Notes under the pieces: generated by a model
The model's input: the letters and a program-made list of their open reading frames with translations, nothing else
Told to the model about the DNA's origin: nothing
Databases searched by the model: none
Source of the DNA: Minutocellus sp. GHC0000111
Lineage: Eukaryota
NCBI GenBank assembly: GCA_977018835.1
Contig: OZ361257.1
Coordinates: 186,001 to 250,000, forward strand
Direction: 5' to 3'
DNA length: 64,000 bases
Translations under genes and position numbers: made by a program
Shown: piece by piece, positions 36,516 to 48,654 of the stretch
Position numbering within the stretch: position 1 is the first letter of the stretch
How the letters are laid out: every line of letters starts with the position of its first letter

Positions 36516-38684
36516 TACATCCTCCCCGATATTACATGTACCAATAACCGATGCTAGATCTACTGTAGCTTCGGTGAGGGCATTGATCATGGGAGACATA
36601 GTAGTGGTGGCGGCGGTGGGAGTCTGAGGGGTGTGAGGTGGATGGTTCATCGGTACATGTATTTTCGGTCTCTCCTACGTCTCCAACGATGAGGGTGCAA
36701 AGATTTAACATGTACATAAACGTCTACGTAGAAAATTGTCATACATGTATAGGTACACGTTCACACGTACGAAAATTCTCCTTATTATATATTACAAATC
36801 AGCAAGAATGCCGCTAGTAGGAGTTAGGTGATCGTTGCTACAAAGACCATCAAATCTCACTACCAACGACGAATAGACCATTCCTGCTGGGAGCAACGCT
36901 CAACCAAGCAGGCCCACCATCCTAGCTGACAAACTTATACATCTAGATTTCGAAGTGCGTGAATCCGTTATCACAAAGAGGACGGCCTGGTTAGAGGCGA
37001 GAGGCAAGGGCGATGGCAATTGACGACGTTACATACGCTAGATCTACAAACTCGTGGGCCTTCGTCTCGAGTTTGGGTAACGGGCGTTGCTGTCGCTGGA
37101 CCGGTACATGTATACCTACATGTACATGATAGAAGGTTACAGGAGCGGGCCTGAGTATCATTACGAATAAGAAAGACAAAGCTTCTGCGGTGAATTGCCT
37201 TGACTCTATTGATCTTGCCCTCAAGATGACAATTTGATCGTAGATTTTACTTATATATATACTCGCCTACTAATGACATTCTTTGCTGATTTGTAATATA
37301 TATATAATACATGTATGTCAATTTTCTACATAGAAGTTTTAGGATCGACATAATCAGGCGCATGGCTGCTGCGTGCTCGACGGTATCAAAGGTGACTAAG
37401 GCGCGAAATTTGCCCTTGGAAGTAGACTCGGGTTTTCAGTTTCCTAGCTATCAACCCCTTTTGGAAGACCACCAGCCTCTTTGATAGAGTCAAAGTTGAA
37501 TGTATTCCCAGGGTTGATTCGCTGATGATACTGCTCCACAAATGTTGTGCCACCCATATTCCTAATGGCACCCATCGGGGCACTTCGGCATTTCTTCTTG
37601 AGGTTTCCACAATGTTGTAGCAGCTCGCCGAGGCCCTTCATCGTGATCTCAGGGTCATTAAAATATGGCGTCAAGAAATAATGATGCAAAGTACAAGTAC
37701 GGGCCCCAAATGATCAGAGCCAATGGCGTCGACCAGATCAATGAGTGCCTCGGTCGTGGTGTCAGGGTCATTTTGGTATGGCTTCAGGAAATAACTGTTC
37801 AGTCTAGGGACGGTCGCAGAGCTATCAAGGCCAATGGTACTGACAAGGAGATTAATTCCTCTGAGGGACTTTTCGGTATCCAAAAGCAGCTGCCCTAAAA
37901 TCTAGTCTAGGAGAGAAATCTCTTTATCACCTTTCGTGCCCGTGCCAGAGGTGAAGCTTATCTTCTACAAGCTTCACGGCATTCTCAGGTTGATGATGAT
38001 GTGGATGTGGCTGACCAATCCATTCATGCTGGCAATGTCTCTGACAAAAGACAGGAAGCCCTGGATGCGGTCGGTTGGGATTCCCTTTGTTTCGCACAGA
38101 TTCTTGATGATGCCGCAGCAATCCTCAATGCCAAGATTCGCGGTGTGTATAGTTTCCAGCCAAGTTCGGCGACAGTACACAACTAGTCATACCCACCAGA
38201 ACGGCTCAAACTATGGATAACGCTGATAATTGTTGATAGAATGATTCGGCATTGTACTGGCTGGACACAACGAGTTTCTGTTTGAATGACAGATAGGGTT
38301 TCTCTTTCAAGAGGAGGGTGATCACGCCGTTGGGGAAATAGTGCAGCTCCTCCACTGTGCGGCCAGGGTCACAATCTGGCTCTGGCTACTGATACCGCCC
38401 CTACTGGTGCTGGTACCAACAGTGCTACTGCTGCCCTCGGTCCGGGAACGCTTCTTCGTGCCCTCGTCCGACCAACGCCACTGCCGACACGGTCGCGTTT
38501 CTCGCCACTGAGATTGCCGCAGGGGAACAGGCAATTGTCGGGATGGAGGAACAAAAGCAACCACTGATACTATTGAAAATTACGCTCAATAATTGCACCA
38601 AAATGTTACTCACGTAACTCCTCCTTCATCCTGCTACAATTCCTCTACCAGACCCTTCGGCATGTTCGATTCGATGCGTCTCCA

Positions 38685-39147
38685 GAATGCACCCCGTCCG
38701 TGCTCTCCACCTCATCCTCTTCATCGTTGTCATCATCATCATCGATCTCCATCAACTCATTCCCCTGCTGCATATCATCCTGCCGGTCCTGACTGGTACT
38801 GCCACCATTGCCATCACTATCCGCAGGAATTACCATCGTTTTCGGTGCATGCCTCCATGGCCACCACAGTACTTTTGGCATTGCTGCTCTTGGCATCGCT
38901 GCCGCTGTTCTTGCTGCTGCTGCTGCAGCCGCCGCTGCTCTCAATCTCAATTTCCACTTCCACCTGCTCCTCAACATTTCAATCTCCCACTCCATGCTTG
39001 CCGATTCCGCTTCTTTTGCTCCCGCTGTTGGTCGTCCCTGGCCGCTCTAGTCTAGTAGAGTACCGGTAGCAGCACTGCCATCGTATCGGCCTCTGTACGG
39101 TCGGGCAGGAGCTGTGGAAGTATCGCCGGTGGTGGTTTTGGAGTTGT

Positions 39148-39178
<31 letters not shown>

Positions 39179-39205
39179 AGGATGATCCTGGCAGATCGAC
39201 GTGAC
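38685..39205 (-). repeat. Paralog of the 14745-15600 degenerate coding-like repeat
   Basis: Shared sequence blocks; fragmented acidic and poly-Q/poly-A reading frames on the minus strand. Confidence 0.8.
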
Positions 39206-39588
39206 TTGAACTGCAGGACTGCAACCTCTTGCGTTTCCTTGTGCCAGCCATGGTGGCGTATGAGGCGGCCGGACACAGCCACGGTCCCTCCTCCTCTTTC
39301 TGATGCTGGACCTGTTGCTGGATTCCAGACACAAAGCTGACTGGTCGTCGGTAGTAGCAAGCAGCACCTGCACGAACTGGAGCGACGACGAGACGACGAG
39401 AGTGGCATGAAGGCGGCACATGAAGGGAACAAGGATGAGACGTAGGCCTACAGTGTAGACCTACACCTACCTACTTCGTAGCTAGGATTCCTAGCGTACA
39501 CAAATGTACCGGTAGGTGTGTGATAGACATACCCGAACATTATGTTGGCTTTCTTGAACTGATTTATTCATTTTATTCTTCTTTATCC

Positions 39589-40749
39589 ATGGAAGAGACG
39601 GGTGTATCGACAGTCGCCGCAGGTTTGGCAACTGAGAATGCTGAAAGTTCCAGTAGGACGGCCATTGAGAGCGCAAAGCAGGAGAGAGATGAAGCTCAGA
39701 AAATTGTCGATGAGCTTTTGGGACGTCTCAGCGATGCTAAGGCACGCCTTGCCGATGCCGAAACGCAGTATAGGCAGGCTCTTGGCTCCGTGGAATCTCC
39801 AGAGCTGAAGGAGCCGTCACAGTGGAATACAATGTATAAGAAGCTTTTAGATTTCCGTGCTGAGCACGGCCATTGCCTTGTCCCGCATTCAACAAAGGGG
39901 AACAAGGAGCTCACTTCTCTGGGGAGATGGGTAGCGAATCAAAGGGTGTTTTACAAGATGCACCAGGACGGTAAGCAAGGACACATCAAGCCGCTTAGAA
40001 TCGAAGCACTCGAAAAAATTGGTTTCATTTGGAATGTCAACGACATGATATGGGACAACAAATTGCAAGAGCTCATCAAATACAAGGAAGAGAACGGCAC
40101 TTGTGACGTCCCTCCCAAGTGTTCCAAGGAGCACAAGAAACTGAGAAACTGGATTGAGCTCCAGCGCCAGCAGTACCGCCTGCATCGAGCAAAAAGAACG
40201 ACATCGCTCTCGCTTGAGAGGATAAACAAGCTTGAAAACATGGGCTTTGAGTGGAGGATTTCAGACGGGGCTGGTGATCACAGCCACAGTGCCAAGAAAA
40301 AGAAGAGGGCCATCATTGATCCCACCAAGGACGAATTGGAGGAGTGGTGGAACGCCAACTTCGAGGAACTGAAGGCGTATCGCCAGGAGAACGGACATTG
40401 TCGCATGCACCAAAGGGCCCCTGTCGATAGCCAGCGATCTCGCCAGGGAACTTCCCGTCTCCGAGATTTTGCCAGCTGGCAACGAAAGGAATGGAAGCGC
40501 CTTCAGAAGGGCGAACCGTCTGACATGACGCAGGATCGTATTCAGAAGCTCGAAGAAATCGGGTTTGAGTTTGTGACTAATCCGAAGAAGGGTGGAAAGC
40601 TCAAAATTGAGGATTCCCAAGCCGACCAAGACCCTGCAAATTATGCGTTCACTGATGATGGCTTGGCTCAGCATGTAGATGATGCAGCCGCCGGTGCCGC
40701 TTCTGTTGTTGACGAAATTGAAGATTCACAAAGTCACGCCGCCGTTTAG
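39589..40749 (+). CDS. Helicase-associated (HA, PF03457) domain protein with three HA repeats and an N-terminal coiled coil
   Basis: Three W...L..(F/Y)(R/K).E.G.C repeats, each with a W...QR motif and ending RI..LE..GF. ATG at 39589; uninterrupted to TAG 40749. Confidence 0.9.
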   Translation: MEETGVSTVAAGLATENAESSSRTAIESAKQERDEAQKIVDELLGRLSDAKARLADAETQYRQALGSVESPELKEPSQWNTMYKKLLDFRAEHGHCLVPHSTKGNKELTSLGRWVANQRVFYKMHQDGKQGHIKPLRIEALEKIGFIWNVNDMIWDNKLQELIKYKEENGTCDVPPKCSKEHKKLRNWIELQRQQYRLHRAKRTTSLSLERINKLENMGFEWRISDGAGDHSHSAKKKKRAIIDPTKDELEEWWNANFEELKAYRQENGHCRMHQRAPVDSQRSRQGTSRLRDFASWQRKEWKRLQKGEPSDMTQDRIQKLEEIGFEFVTNPKKGGKLKIEDSQADQDPANYAFTDDGLAQHVDDAAAGAASVVDEIEDSQSHAAV

Positions 40750-41026
40750 AGAAAGACCCCGCGCAAAAGCAAAAAATTCAATTGAAAAGAATGTGCTAAG
40801 GAGGAAAAGTGTGTGTTTTTACTGTGCCGAATCGATTGGGGTGGAAAATAAAGGCCATAGCTTTTTTGCTGAATTATGCAACTCTAGATCTATGCTAGAT
40901 CTAGCTCGGTGATACATGTACTGCCCAGCTAGTCCTACATGAAAGTTTCTAGCTAGGCCTAGCTATGTAGGTTGCACCGAGCGAGCTAGATCTAGTACAT
41001 ACCGGTACACATACATGTACCAGCTA

Positions 41027-44000
41027 TCGACGACATTCTCAACGGGACAGCGGACATTGACAGCATTACCGATGATGATCTCATGAGCAAATGGCTGAAG
41101 AGTTTGCAGCACACCTCCAAATCCATCGGAGCTGCACCAATCTCCCTCGATATATCGATGGAAGATTATCGGCGAGTATATGGTTCCATCAAAGAGGAGA
41201 AAACCTCATCTCCATCCGGGCTACATTATGGCCATGTCAAAGCAATCCTCGATCAGGACGATATAGTTGACTTCCGATCACGTTTCGACGCTTACCCATT
41301 CAAAAACGGTTTCGCTCCCGAGTATTGGTCGACATGGGTAGATTGCATGCTTGAGAAGATTGAAGGCAAGCCTTACCTCCATAAACTGCGGATCATTGTC
41401 ATCATCGAGAACGCATTCAACACGCCGCTCAAAATATACTGGAACGAACGATTGTTGCCCCAAGCACAACGTTTGGGTCTAGTAGGTTATGGGCAGCGCG
41501 GCGGTCTCCAGGGACAGCAAGCGACGGACTGCGTGCTTGGACAGACCCTTACTTGCAACATAATGCGGGAGCTGCGACTTAACGGCGTACTACTCAATGT
41601 GGATGCGAGCGGTTGCTTCGATAGAGAAATACCACGATTGAACTCTATCTTATGCAGAAGGGCTGGCCTCCCTCGATCGGCGTGTTCAACTAACTGTCGG
41701 GCGCTCGATCAAGCACGGCACTATGTCAAGACGGCAAATGGCGTGTCCGAAGACAGCTACGGAAATGAGAAGGAACAACGAACGTTCGGCGAAGGTCAAG
41801 GCAAGGGCAATGCAGGGTCTAATTGGACCCTCATCAGCTCCTCTGCTCTCAGCATACTGCGGGAGAATACCGTTGGGATGACATTGCCTTGCCCTCGATC
41901 ACAACGTATTATTACACGCCACGCGGACATGTTCGTCGATGACATGAACGGAGGCTGCACGTCGGAACATGCTGACGAAGACTTCGAGACCGAACTTGCC
42001 CTGGTCGAACGTGATGCCACTGAATTCGCACAAACATGGGAGCATCTGCTGTATGTGATGGGAGGAAGCCAGAATCTGATCAAAAGCTTCATGTGGGCAA
42101 TGTTTTGGAATCAGCTCAGCCGAGCGCCGAAATTGATGAAGAAGAGCGAATGTGAGGTCAGCGTTGTCGTTACCCACAGCGAGACAGGGGAGCGGCAAGA
42201 GCTTGATACCAAGGATCCCGACGACGCCGAGCGAAATATCGGCATTCGAACAAATCCGGAGACGACATGGGAAGCAGAATACCAATTCCGTCGGGAGCAA
42301 TCTATCAATCTTGCCGGGAAAGTGGAAACATCCACGCTGACTCTAGAGCAAGCCCATCACCTCCTCGAATCAATTTGGCAGAGCAAGATGACGTATCCTT
42401 TTCCCGTAACATTCCTCTCTGAAATGAAGTTGGCTGCTATCCAAATTCCCTTCATGAAAGCCATCGTCCCCAAACTCGGGTATAACCGCAACATGGCTAC
42501 GGAGATTCGATACGGACCTGGTCGGTATGGTGGATGTTCTATTGCCTGGCTGTTCACCGAACAGGGAATCGCCGCCATCAAACAATTCATCGGTCATGTG
42601 AGAGCAGAAGATGAGCTAGGTGACCTCATGCTGATCTTGCTGGACCACCTCCAACTGCGCGCAGGGACGAGCTGGCCAATCTTGTCGAATTGCTCTGTCG
42701 AGATACCTCACCTTCACAAGCTATCCAAAGAACCATACGACTGGATCCTGGCTATTCGTTCCTTTTTACACACGTGCGACGGCTCAATGGAAGTGGCAGA
42801 TGCATGGGTCCCCCCCCTCCAACGCGAGGGCGATGTTCACATCATGGATGTACTCAACGACGGAACGGCAACGGCGGCAGAACTTTCGTTGGCAAATGAA
42901 TTTCGAATGCACAAAAGGGTTGTAACTCTTGCAGACATAGTCGATGTCAGTGGGAAATCCATAATGCCAGAGGGCCTTGATGATTCAATTTCCCCGAGTT
43001 CCCTCCGGTTCGGGAAACAAGCTCCCCCCTCAGATAGGGCAGGACAAACATGGCGACGTCTAATCCGGCGCAGGTTCGCATCCGGCATCCCTCCGCACAC
43101 AAGACACAGCCATGGATTTCTTCTCGATATCGCCTTGGGCCCATGGTCCCAAGACAGCCCACGTCACTTGCCGTATGCATGGTCATTCTGCCCAAAGACT
43201 GACGTCCTATATCGAGCATCCTACGACGAACAACAGCAGCTGCAATATCGCTTGTACCGCCCCCAGGTGTACCGAACGGAGAAATACTATCGTACCGACG
43301 AGGTAACCGATGCGATCAATCCTCGTTTCGTCCCCGTGGAGACGATTGACTTTCTCGAATATGTGAGGATCCGCGGCGGTGCACCGATCAACAAGCAAAT
43401 GGCCATAATCCCGCCAGCTACTTTTGAAGAACATGTTCATAGGCTACCTGAGCACTTACAACGAATAATTGGCAGAGTTTCATACAGCGAAGACGAACTG
43501 GAGGAAATGGCAAACAGGATCGTCACTGGCAACATCATTTTCGTCAGCGACGGCTCGATGGCAGGAGGCAAAGGTACATCAGCATACAAGATGGTAGATC
43601 CAAACGATCCTGAATTATACATTTTGGGCACGTCACCTTGTGATTCTCATCCCTCGTGTATCCAATCGTTTCGGGCGGAACTCAATGGCATCCTTGGCGA
43701 GATCGTTCTTAGCGGCGAGATTCTCCGCTTCCTCGGCGAAACCCATCCTACCGCGACAATCACCACATACTGCGACAATGTGTCTGCGCTTGGCAAGCTC
43801 GAGGAGACCGATGACAAGCCCGGCATCCGAAGTAGGCTCGGACCGGATTATGACCTCGTCAACGAGCTCAAAATGTCCCTCGCAAAATACGGTATCAATG
43901 TCAAACCAAAACATGTGAAGGGCCACCAAGACCGCGATAAGTCCTATGATGAGCTCCCCTTCGAAGCCCAAATGAATTGCGATTGCGACGAAGCCGCTGA

Positions 44001-45327
44001 CGATCACATGCAACACCCACCCAAAGGCCTCGCCCCGAGAGATTCCGCGCCATTCATCCCATCATCGAAGGTTGGACTCCGCCTTGGAGGCAGACTCATT
44101 ACAAGCAATATCGAACAGCACGTCCGTATGCAACGAGAAGGCATCAAACTTCAAAGGAGAATCATGTCAAAAGAAGGATGGACTCAACGCACATTCGACA
44201 AGGTCGATTGGGACGCACACGAGATCGCCTTCTGCAAGCTTGGACGCTCGAGATTCAAGACACGGGTGGTACAATTCGAGCATCGGTGGCTACCAATGGG
44301 AAAGCAACTCCACCGCATAGACTCCGAAATGTCCAACCTATGCCCAGTATGCAAGACGGCGGTAGAAGATCAAACCCATTTCCTCACATGTACCGACGAT
44401 CGTTGCCGCAGCAACTTCACCCTTCAACTCACGGTATTGCACAAGTCACTTCAGAAGAAGAAGATTCTTGGCGCGGTATGGTCTCAAATAAAGAGCCGCC
44501 TTCTGTTCGAGATGGGATACTCTACTCATTCACCAGCTTTCCCAGAGGCGGCATCTCACGACGCGATCGCGAGGAACATCAAATTAGCGGTGAGGGAACA
44601 AGATGAAATCGGCTGGGTCAACTTCCTCCGCGGCCGAACCTCACGATACTGGGGAAAAGCCCAAGGTCAATACTATCAAGAAGCAGATCTCGCCTCGAAC
44701 ATACTATCAACACAAACCTTCCAAACTGCCCTCATCAATAGCGCATGGCAATTCTTCCACGCCATCTGGGAGTACCGTAACGGCATCCTCCACGACGCCA
44801 ACATCAACATTAACATCGAAAAGATGGACAATCGCATCAGACAATTGTACCGAAGCCCCAGCGACTTCGTTCGACCCAGTAGCTTGTGCCTCTTCGAAGC
44901 CTTCTCCCTTGAGGACTGCATCAATCTACACCCATCTATCAAGCATACCTGGCTCAGGACGATCTTCCTTGCAATAAAAGCAAAGCACGGAGACTTGAAG
45001 TGCCTCGATGCTGACAATGCCCAAACAATCATCACAAATTTTTTCATTGAAATTCCCAATTTATATTTATTATCACAGGACGGACCTAAAAAGGTCACAA
45101 CACACAAGGTCAAACCTACACTGGTTAGACACACAGCATGGTCATTATTCATAGCTGTTCCTCCCAAGCGGGGGTTTCCAGCTATTTAACCTTGGAGGAC
45201 AAACCTTCAATGGTCTGCTCCTGCCGCAATCGGTGGGGCGTTGCCTTAGTGCATCCTTCACTCTTAGAGTGATCGCCGCTAGCACCGGGGATGTAGACTA
45301 ACGCAATAAAAAATACTACTTACGCAG
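41027..45327 (+). mobile_element. 5'-truncated non-LTR retrotransposon (RT + RNase H + zinc finger; resembles diatom Ambal-type LINEs)
   Basis: Flanked by TACATGTACCAGCTA (41012-41026) and TATATGTACCAGCTA (45328-45342), a 14/15 TSD. AATAAAAAA lies near the 3' end. The reading frame is already open at the 5' junction. Confidence 0.88.
41083..45189 (+). CDS. Reverse transcriptase-RNase H polyprotein (N-terminally truncated, otherwise uninterrupted)
   Basis: RT motifs SSPSGLHYGH, KLRII, DASGCFDR, GEGQG and MFVDD. RNase H motifs VSDGS, SFRAEL, YCDN and HVKGHQD. Zinc finger CPVC...HFLTC. Confidence 0.9.
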   Translation: MSKWLKSLQHTSKSIGAAPISLDISMEDYRRVYGSIKEEKTSSPSGLHYGHVKAILDQDDIVDFRSRFDAYPFKNGFAPEYWSTWVDCMLEKIEGKPYLHKLRIIVIIENAFNTPLKIYWNERLLPQAQRLGLVGYGQRGGLQGQQATDCVLGQTLTCNIMRELRLNGVLLNVDASGCFDREIPRLNSILCRRAGLPRSACSTNCRALDQARHYVKTANGVSEDSYGNEKEQRTFGEGQGKGNAGSNWTLISSSALSILRENTVGMTLPCPRSQRIITRHADMFVDDMNGGCTSEHADEDFETELALVERDATEFAQTWEHLLYVMGGSQNLIKSFMWAMFWNQLSRAPKLMKKSECEVSVVVTHSETGERQELDTKDPDDAERNIGIRTNPETTWEAEYQFRREQSINLAGKVETSTLTLEQAHHLLESIWQSKMTYPFPVTFLSEMKLAAIQIPFMKAIVPKLGYNRNMATEIRYGPGRYGGCSIAWLFTEQGIAAIKQFIGHVRAEDELGDLMLILLDHLQLRAGTSWPILSNCSVEIPHLHKLSKEPYDWILAIRSFLHTCDGSMEVADAWVPPLQREGDVHIMDVLNDGTATAAELSLANEFRMHKRVVTLADIVDVSGKSIMPEGLDDSISPSSLRFGKQAPPSDRAGQTWRRLIRRRFASGIPPHTRHSHGFLLDIALGPWSQDSPRHLPYAWSFCPKTDVLYRASYDEQQQLQYRLYRPQVYRTEKYYRTDEVTDAINPRFVPVETIDFLEYVRIRGGAPINKQMAIIPPATFEEHVHRLPEHLQRIIGRVSYSEDELEEMANRIVTGNIIFVSDGSMAGGKGTSAYKMVDPNDPELYILGTSPCDSHPSCIQSFRAELNGILGEIVLSGEILRFLGETHPTATITTYCDNVSALGKLEETDDKPGIRSRLGPDYDLVNELKMSLAKYGINVKPKHVKGHQDRDKSYDELPFEAQMNCDCDEAADDHMQHPPKGLAPRDSAPFIPSSKVGLRLGGRLITSNIEQHVRMQREGIKLQRRIMSKEGWTQRTFDKVDWDAHEIAFCKLGRSRFKTRVVQFEHRWLPMGKQLHRIDSEMSNLCPVCKTAVEDQTHFLTCTDDRCRSNFTLQLTVLHKSLQKKKILGAVWSQIKSRLLFEMGYSTHSPAFPEAASHDAIARNIKLAVREQDEIGWVNFLRGRTSRYWGKAQGQYYQEADLASNILSTQTFQTALINSAWQFFHAIWEYRNGILHDANININIEKMDNRIRQLYRSPSDFVRPSSLCLFEAFSLEDCINLHPSIKHTWLRTIFLAIKAKHGDLKCLDADNAQTIITNFFIEIPNLYLLSQDGPKKVTTHKVKPTLVRHTAWSLFIAVPPKRGFPAI

Positions 45328-46099
45328 TATATGTACCAGCTAGAAGTAGCTACGTCGTTGCTACCGGTACTTGCATGGGGAGATAGATTTATGTAGATCT
45401 ATAGCTCAGCAGCACATGTCAAAATAAAGATCTTCTCTTCGATTTCATCGCATCTTGCATCACCACCTTTAAATTAATAAATTCATTCACAGTGTAGATC
45501 TACATGACGAATAAGAGAGACGATGTTTGTATGGTGAATTGCATTGACCTATTGACTTTTCCCTCAAGATGACAATTTGAAAAACGTTTACGTAGATTCT
45601 ACTTATTAAAACACATGTACATGTAGTCTACATAGATCTACTAGACTCTACGTAGATCAAGCTAGAGACTATATCTGATACATGTACATGTAGCGGTAGC
45701 CACCGGTACCTCGTACCGGTACTCTACCGGTAGTAGATCTCTACATGTGGCTGGCCTAGATCATACACATGTGTGATTTGATCAAGTCACTGGTATGTAC
45801 TCGTCCAGAATGGAAAACCACCGGCAGTAAGGACGTCGTGATAGTAGTGTGCAGTGTAGTGTCCGCGCAGATTAAAGGTCGGCCCACAAGTCCTTCGAGC
45901 AGACACTAGAATACCGGTACCAGTTCTAGACGGAAACGTCTGAGCATTAGCCGGCAGCCGCCACAACCGTGATAGCAATTTCCCATTTGCGTGATGAGGA
46001 TATAATTTTTCACTTAAAAAAGGGGGGGGGTTGGCGTACGTAGTGTCGGTCCGCTTCTTGACAAAGAAGCTTTTAAGTGGCATAATTGAATAAAGAATT

Positions 46100-47469
46100 A
46101 GAAAGATGTCGATGCCATCTCCTGCGTAATTATTATTATCTTTGTCGACGTTCTTTCTTTCCTTGCCCTCTTTTGGGCCGCACTCCCTCAACCTCCGTTA
46201 TTGCCCTCCTTCTACCTCCGCGCTCACTTCGGATTGGCCTTTCCCTCTTCGCGTCATTCATCATCGCCAACCAATTCTTTTAAATTTTGAGACGCCATCG
46301 TGATTCACCTTTCACTGCATCGGACCAGCTTGGGCCAAGAATCGAAAGGCGAAGCTGAGCTTCCTTCCGAAGATATGAAGTAAAAGTTCCTACATCCATC
46401 CAAAAATTGTCGTCAGTGCTAGAGCGAAAAGTATCACTCGATCCTTTTTTGGAGGCACTCACTCTTTTCGTTTCCCCGAGCTCGATTCCTATGTTCCCTC
46501 CACTACCCGGGAGTTGTCTCAATTGTGGCCGGCGCTTTGATCCATCTTTAGTTACTCGTTGTAACTTGGCTGATTTTCGAATAAAATCAATCTCGGGGCT
46601 TTTCGAAAGCACAATCCAATTCTTTGGAATACCTCCCTTTGGTTTTTGCAATCCTGACTTGACAATTTTTTCTACTGCAATGCTACGAAGCTATTGTATG
46701 TCAGACCAGCGATATCCGAGTTCAATTAGAGCGTCAACTTCGATTGTCTTGTGACGGCCGCGTTGATCCACAAATCTCAACATAGCGATGCCTTCTGGAT
46801 TCATTTCATCATTTGCGGGAAAAAAGCTCTACTCTTATTTTTTGAGAAAGAAACACGGAAGGTCCTTTCTCCACAAAATTCTTCAGAATTGTCGTCAGTA
46901 CCATGTCTTCTTTCGTCAGTTCTTCTTGAATCCTCCCCCGCTATCGAGGTAAATCGAGATGCTCCATGAATCGTGCTGTTCGCAGAGGTCTTGAGCATTT
47001 CGTTTGGTCCGGAACATAAAGAATTTAATCCTTCATCGGAAGTGATGGTATCGTCATCTTCTTTTTCTACGTAGACGCTTTCAAATTTACCATTTGCTTT
47101 CTTCCTGTCATCTATACTTTCTACACCAAAAATGTCTGACATGATCATGGCATACCAATCCTCATCAGACTCTTGGGCTTTCCTGTAAGCGTCTTCAATG
47201 AGAATGTCGTCGATAACATTGCTGTGGTCCACAATATCCAAAAAATGTTGTTCCGAATTATTGTTCACACTGCCAAGGCGCCAAAATAACATCCCTCCGC
47301 CAAAGATAGTATTTCTCCCAATCGAGCGAGTGTGAAGGGCATGCCTCAACGGAACCCGAGGCACAGATAGAGAAACCACATGATTATTTCCTAATAAAAT
47401 AACAAGCAGAAGAAATCCAAAAGGGAAAAGAAAACCCCTCATGTGATGCTGTGCACGATTCATCATCAT
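46100..47469 (-). pseudogene. Protein of unknown function with an N-terminal signal-like segment, disrupted
   Basis: Hydrophobic N-terminus. Frameshift before ~46820, in-frame TAG at 46691-46693 (LGYRWSDIQ*LRS...KPKGGIPKNW) and in-frame TAA at 46280-46282 (ESRWRLKI*KNWL). The 3' end is approximate. Confidence 0.6.
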
Positions 47470-47504
47470 TCATGCAGATGCTTATGTTGACAAATGGAAT
47501 GGTA

Positions 47505-48330
47505 GATGTGGATATTCCCATGAGACGTACCTACACAAATTGTAAATAGGAACCTCTGTACGTAAGGGCACAAGCACAGACTACAAGAAGAATCACTTTT
47601 CTTCCAATGATCAGAGCTTGCGATGAGTGAATTGTTTGGCGAGAACGATGGCATGTACGGGTCCCATCTTTCGCAGGATGATAGTTGTACCATTGGAGAA
47701 GACAATCACATGCGGCGAATCGATGGGGACACCCGACGACGAGCATGATAATTTCTGCAAGAAGGCGGTGTCATCGTCGTCCAAATCTTGCAGAGTACGA
47801 CATTTATTTGGAGCCCTGGAATGAGTGGATTGTTTGGCGAGAACGATGGCATGTACGGGTCCCATCTTTCGCAGGATGATAGTTGCACCACTGGAGAACA
47901 CAATCACATGCGGCGAATCGATGGGGACACCCGACGACGAGCATGATCATTTCTACCAAGAAGGCGGTGTCATCGTCGTCCAAATCTTGCAGCAGAGTAC
48001 AACAATTTATTTGGAGCCCTGGAATGAGTGAATTGTTTGGCGAGAACGATGGTATGTACGGGTCCCATCTTTCGCAGGATGATAGTTTTACCATTGGAGA
48101 ACACAATCACATGCGGCGAATTGATTAAGGGACGCCACGACGAGCATGATAATTTTGGCAAGAAGGCGGTGTCGTTCGTCGTCCAAATCTTGCAGCAGAG
48201 TACGACATTTATTTGGAGCCCTGGAATGAGGGAATTGTTTGGCGAGAACGATGGTATGTACGGGTCCCATCTTTCGCAGGATGATAGTTGTACCATTGGA
48301 GAACACAATCACATGAGGCGAATCGATGAA
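47505..48330 (-). repeat. 203-bp tandem array (~3.5 units) plus tail
   Basis: Reverse complement of the unit and tail at 20-2117. Confidence 0.95.
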
Positions 48331-48654
48331 GGGATGCTGGGATGACATCATGCTCGTCGTTATATCGAATTATCATTTTGAAGAGATAGGAACAATAGGT
48401 TCTACTTATGGTTCGCCATTCTGATTTGTAGTGATTGTCTAGAGTGTTCTTAGCTTCGTTTTAGGCTGGCGATAGATCTACATAACATGTAATTGTCGAA
48501 AATACCGATAACAAGGAGATTCTCGTGATGTCCGAGTCGTCAGCTTTCATCAGCATTTGGCTCTCACTCAAAAACTTTTTAAAAAACGGTACCGAGCAAG
48601 CTCGCAGCCCGGATCTTCTTGAATCTACAAGGTCGAAATGCAAAAAAGAAGGAA

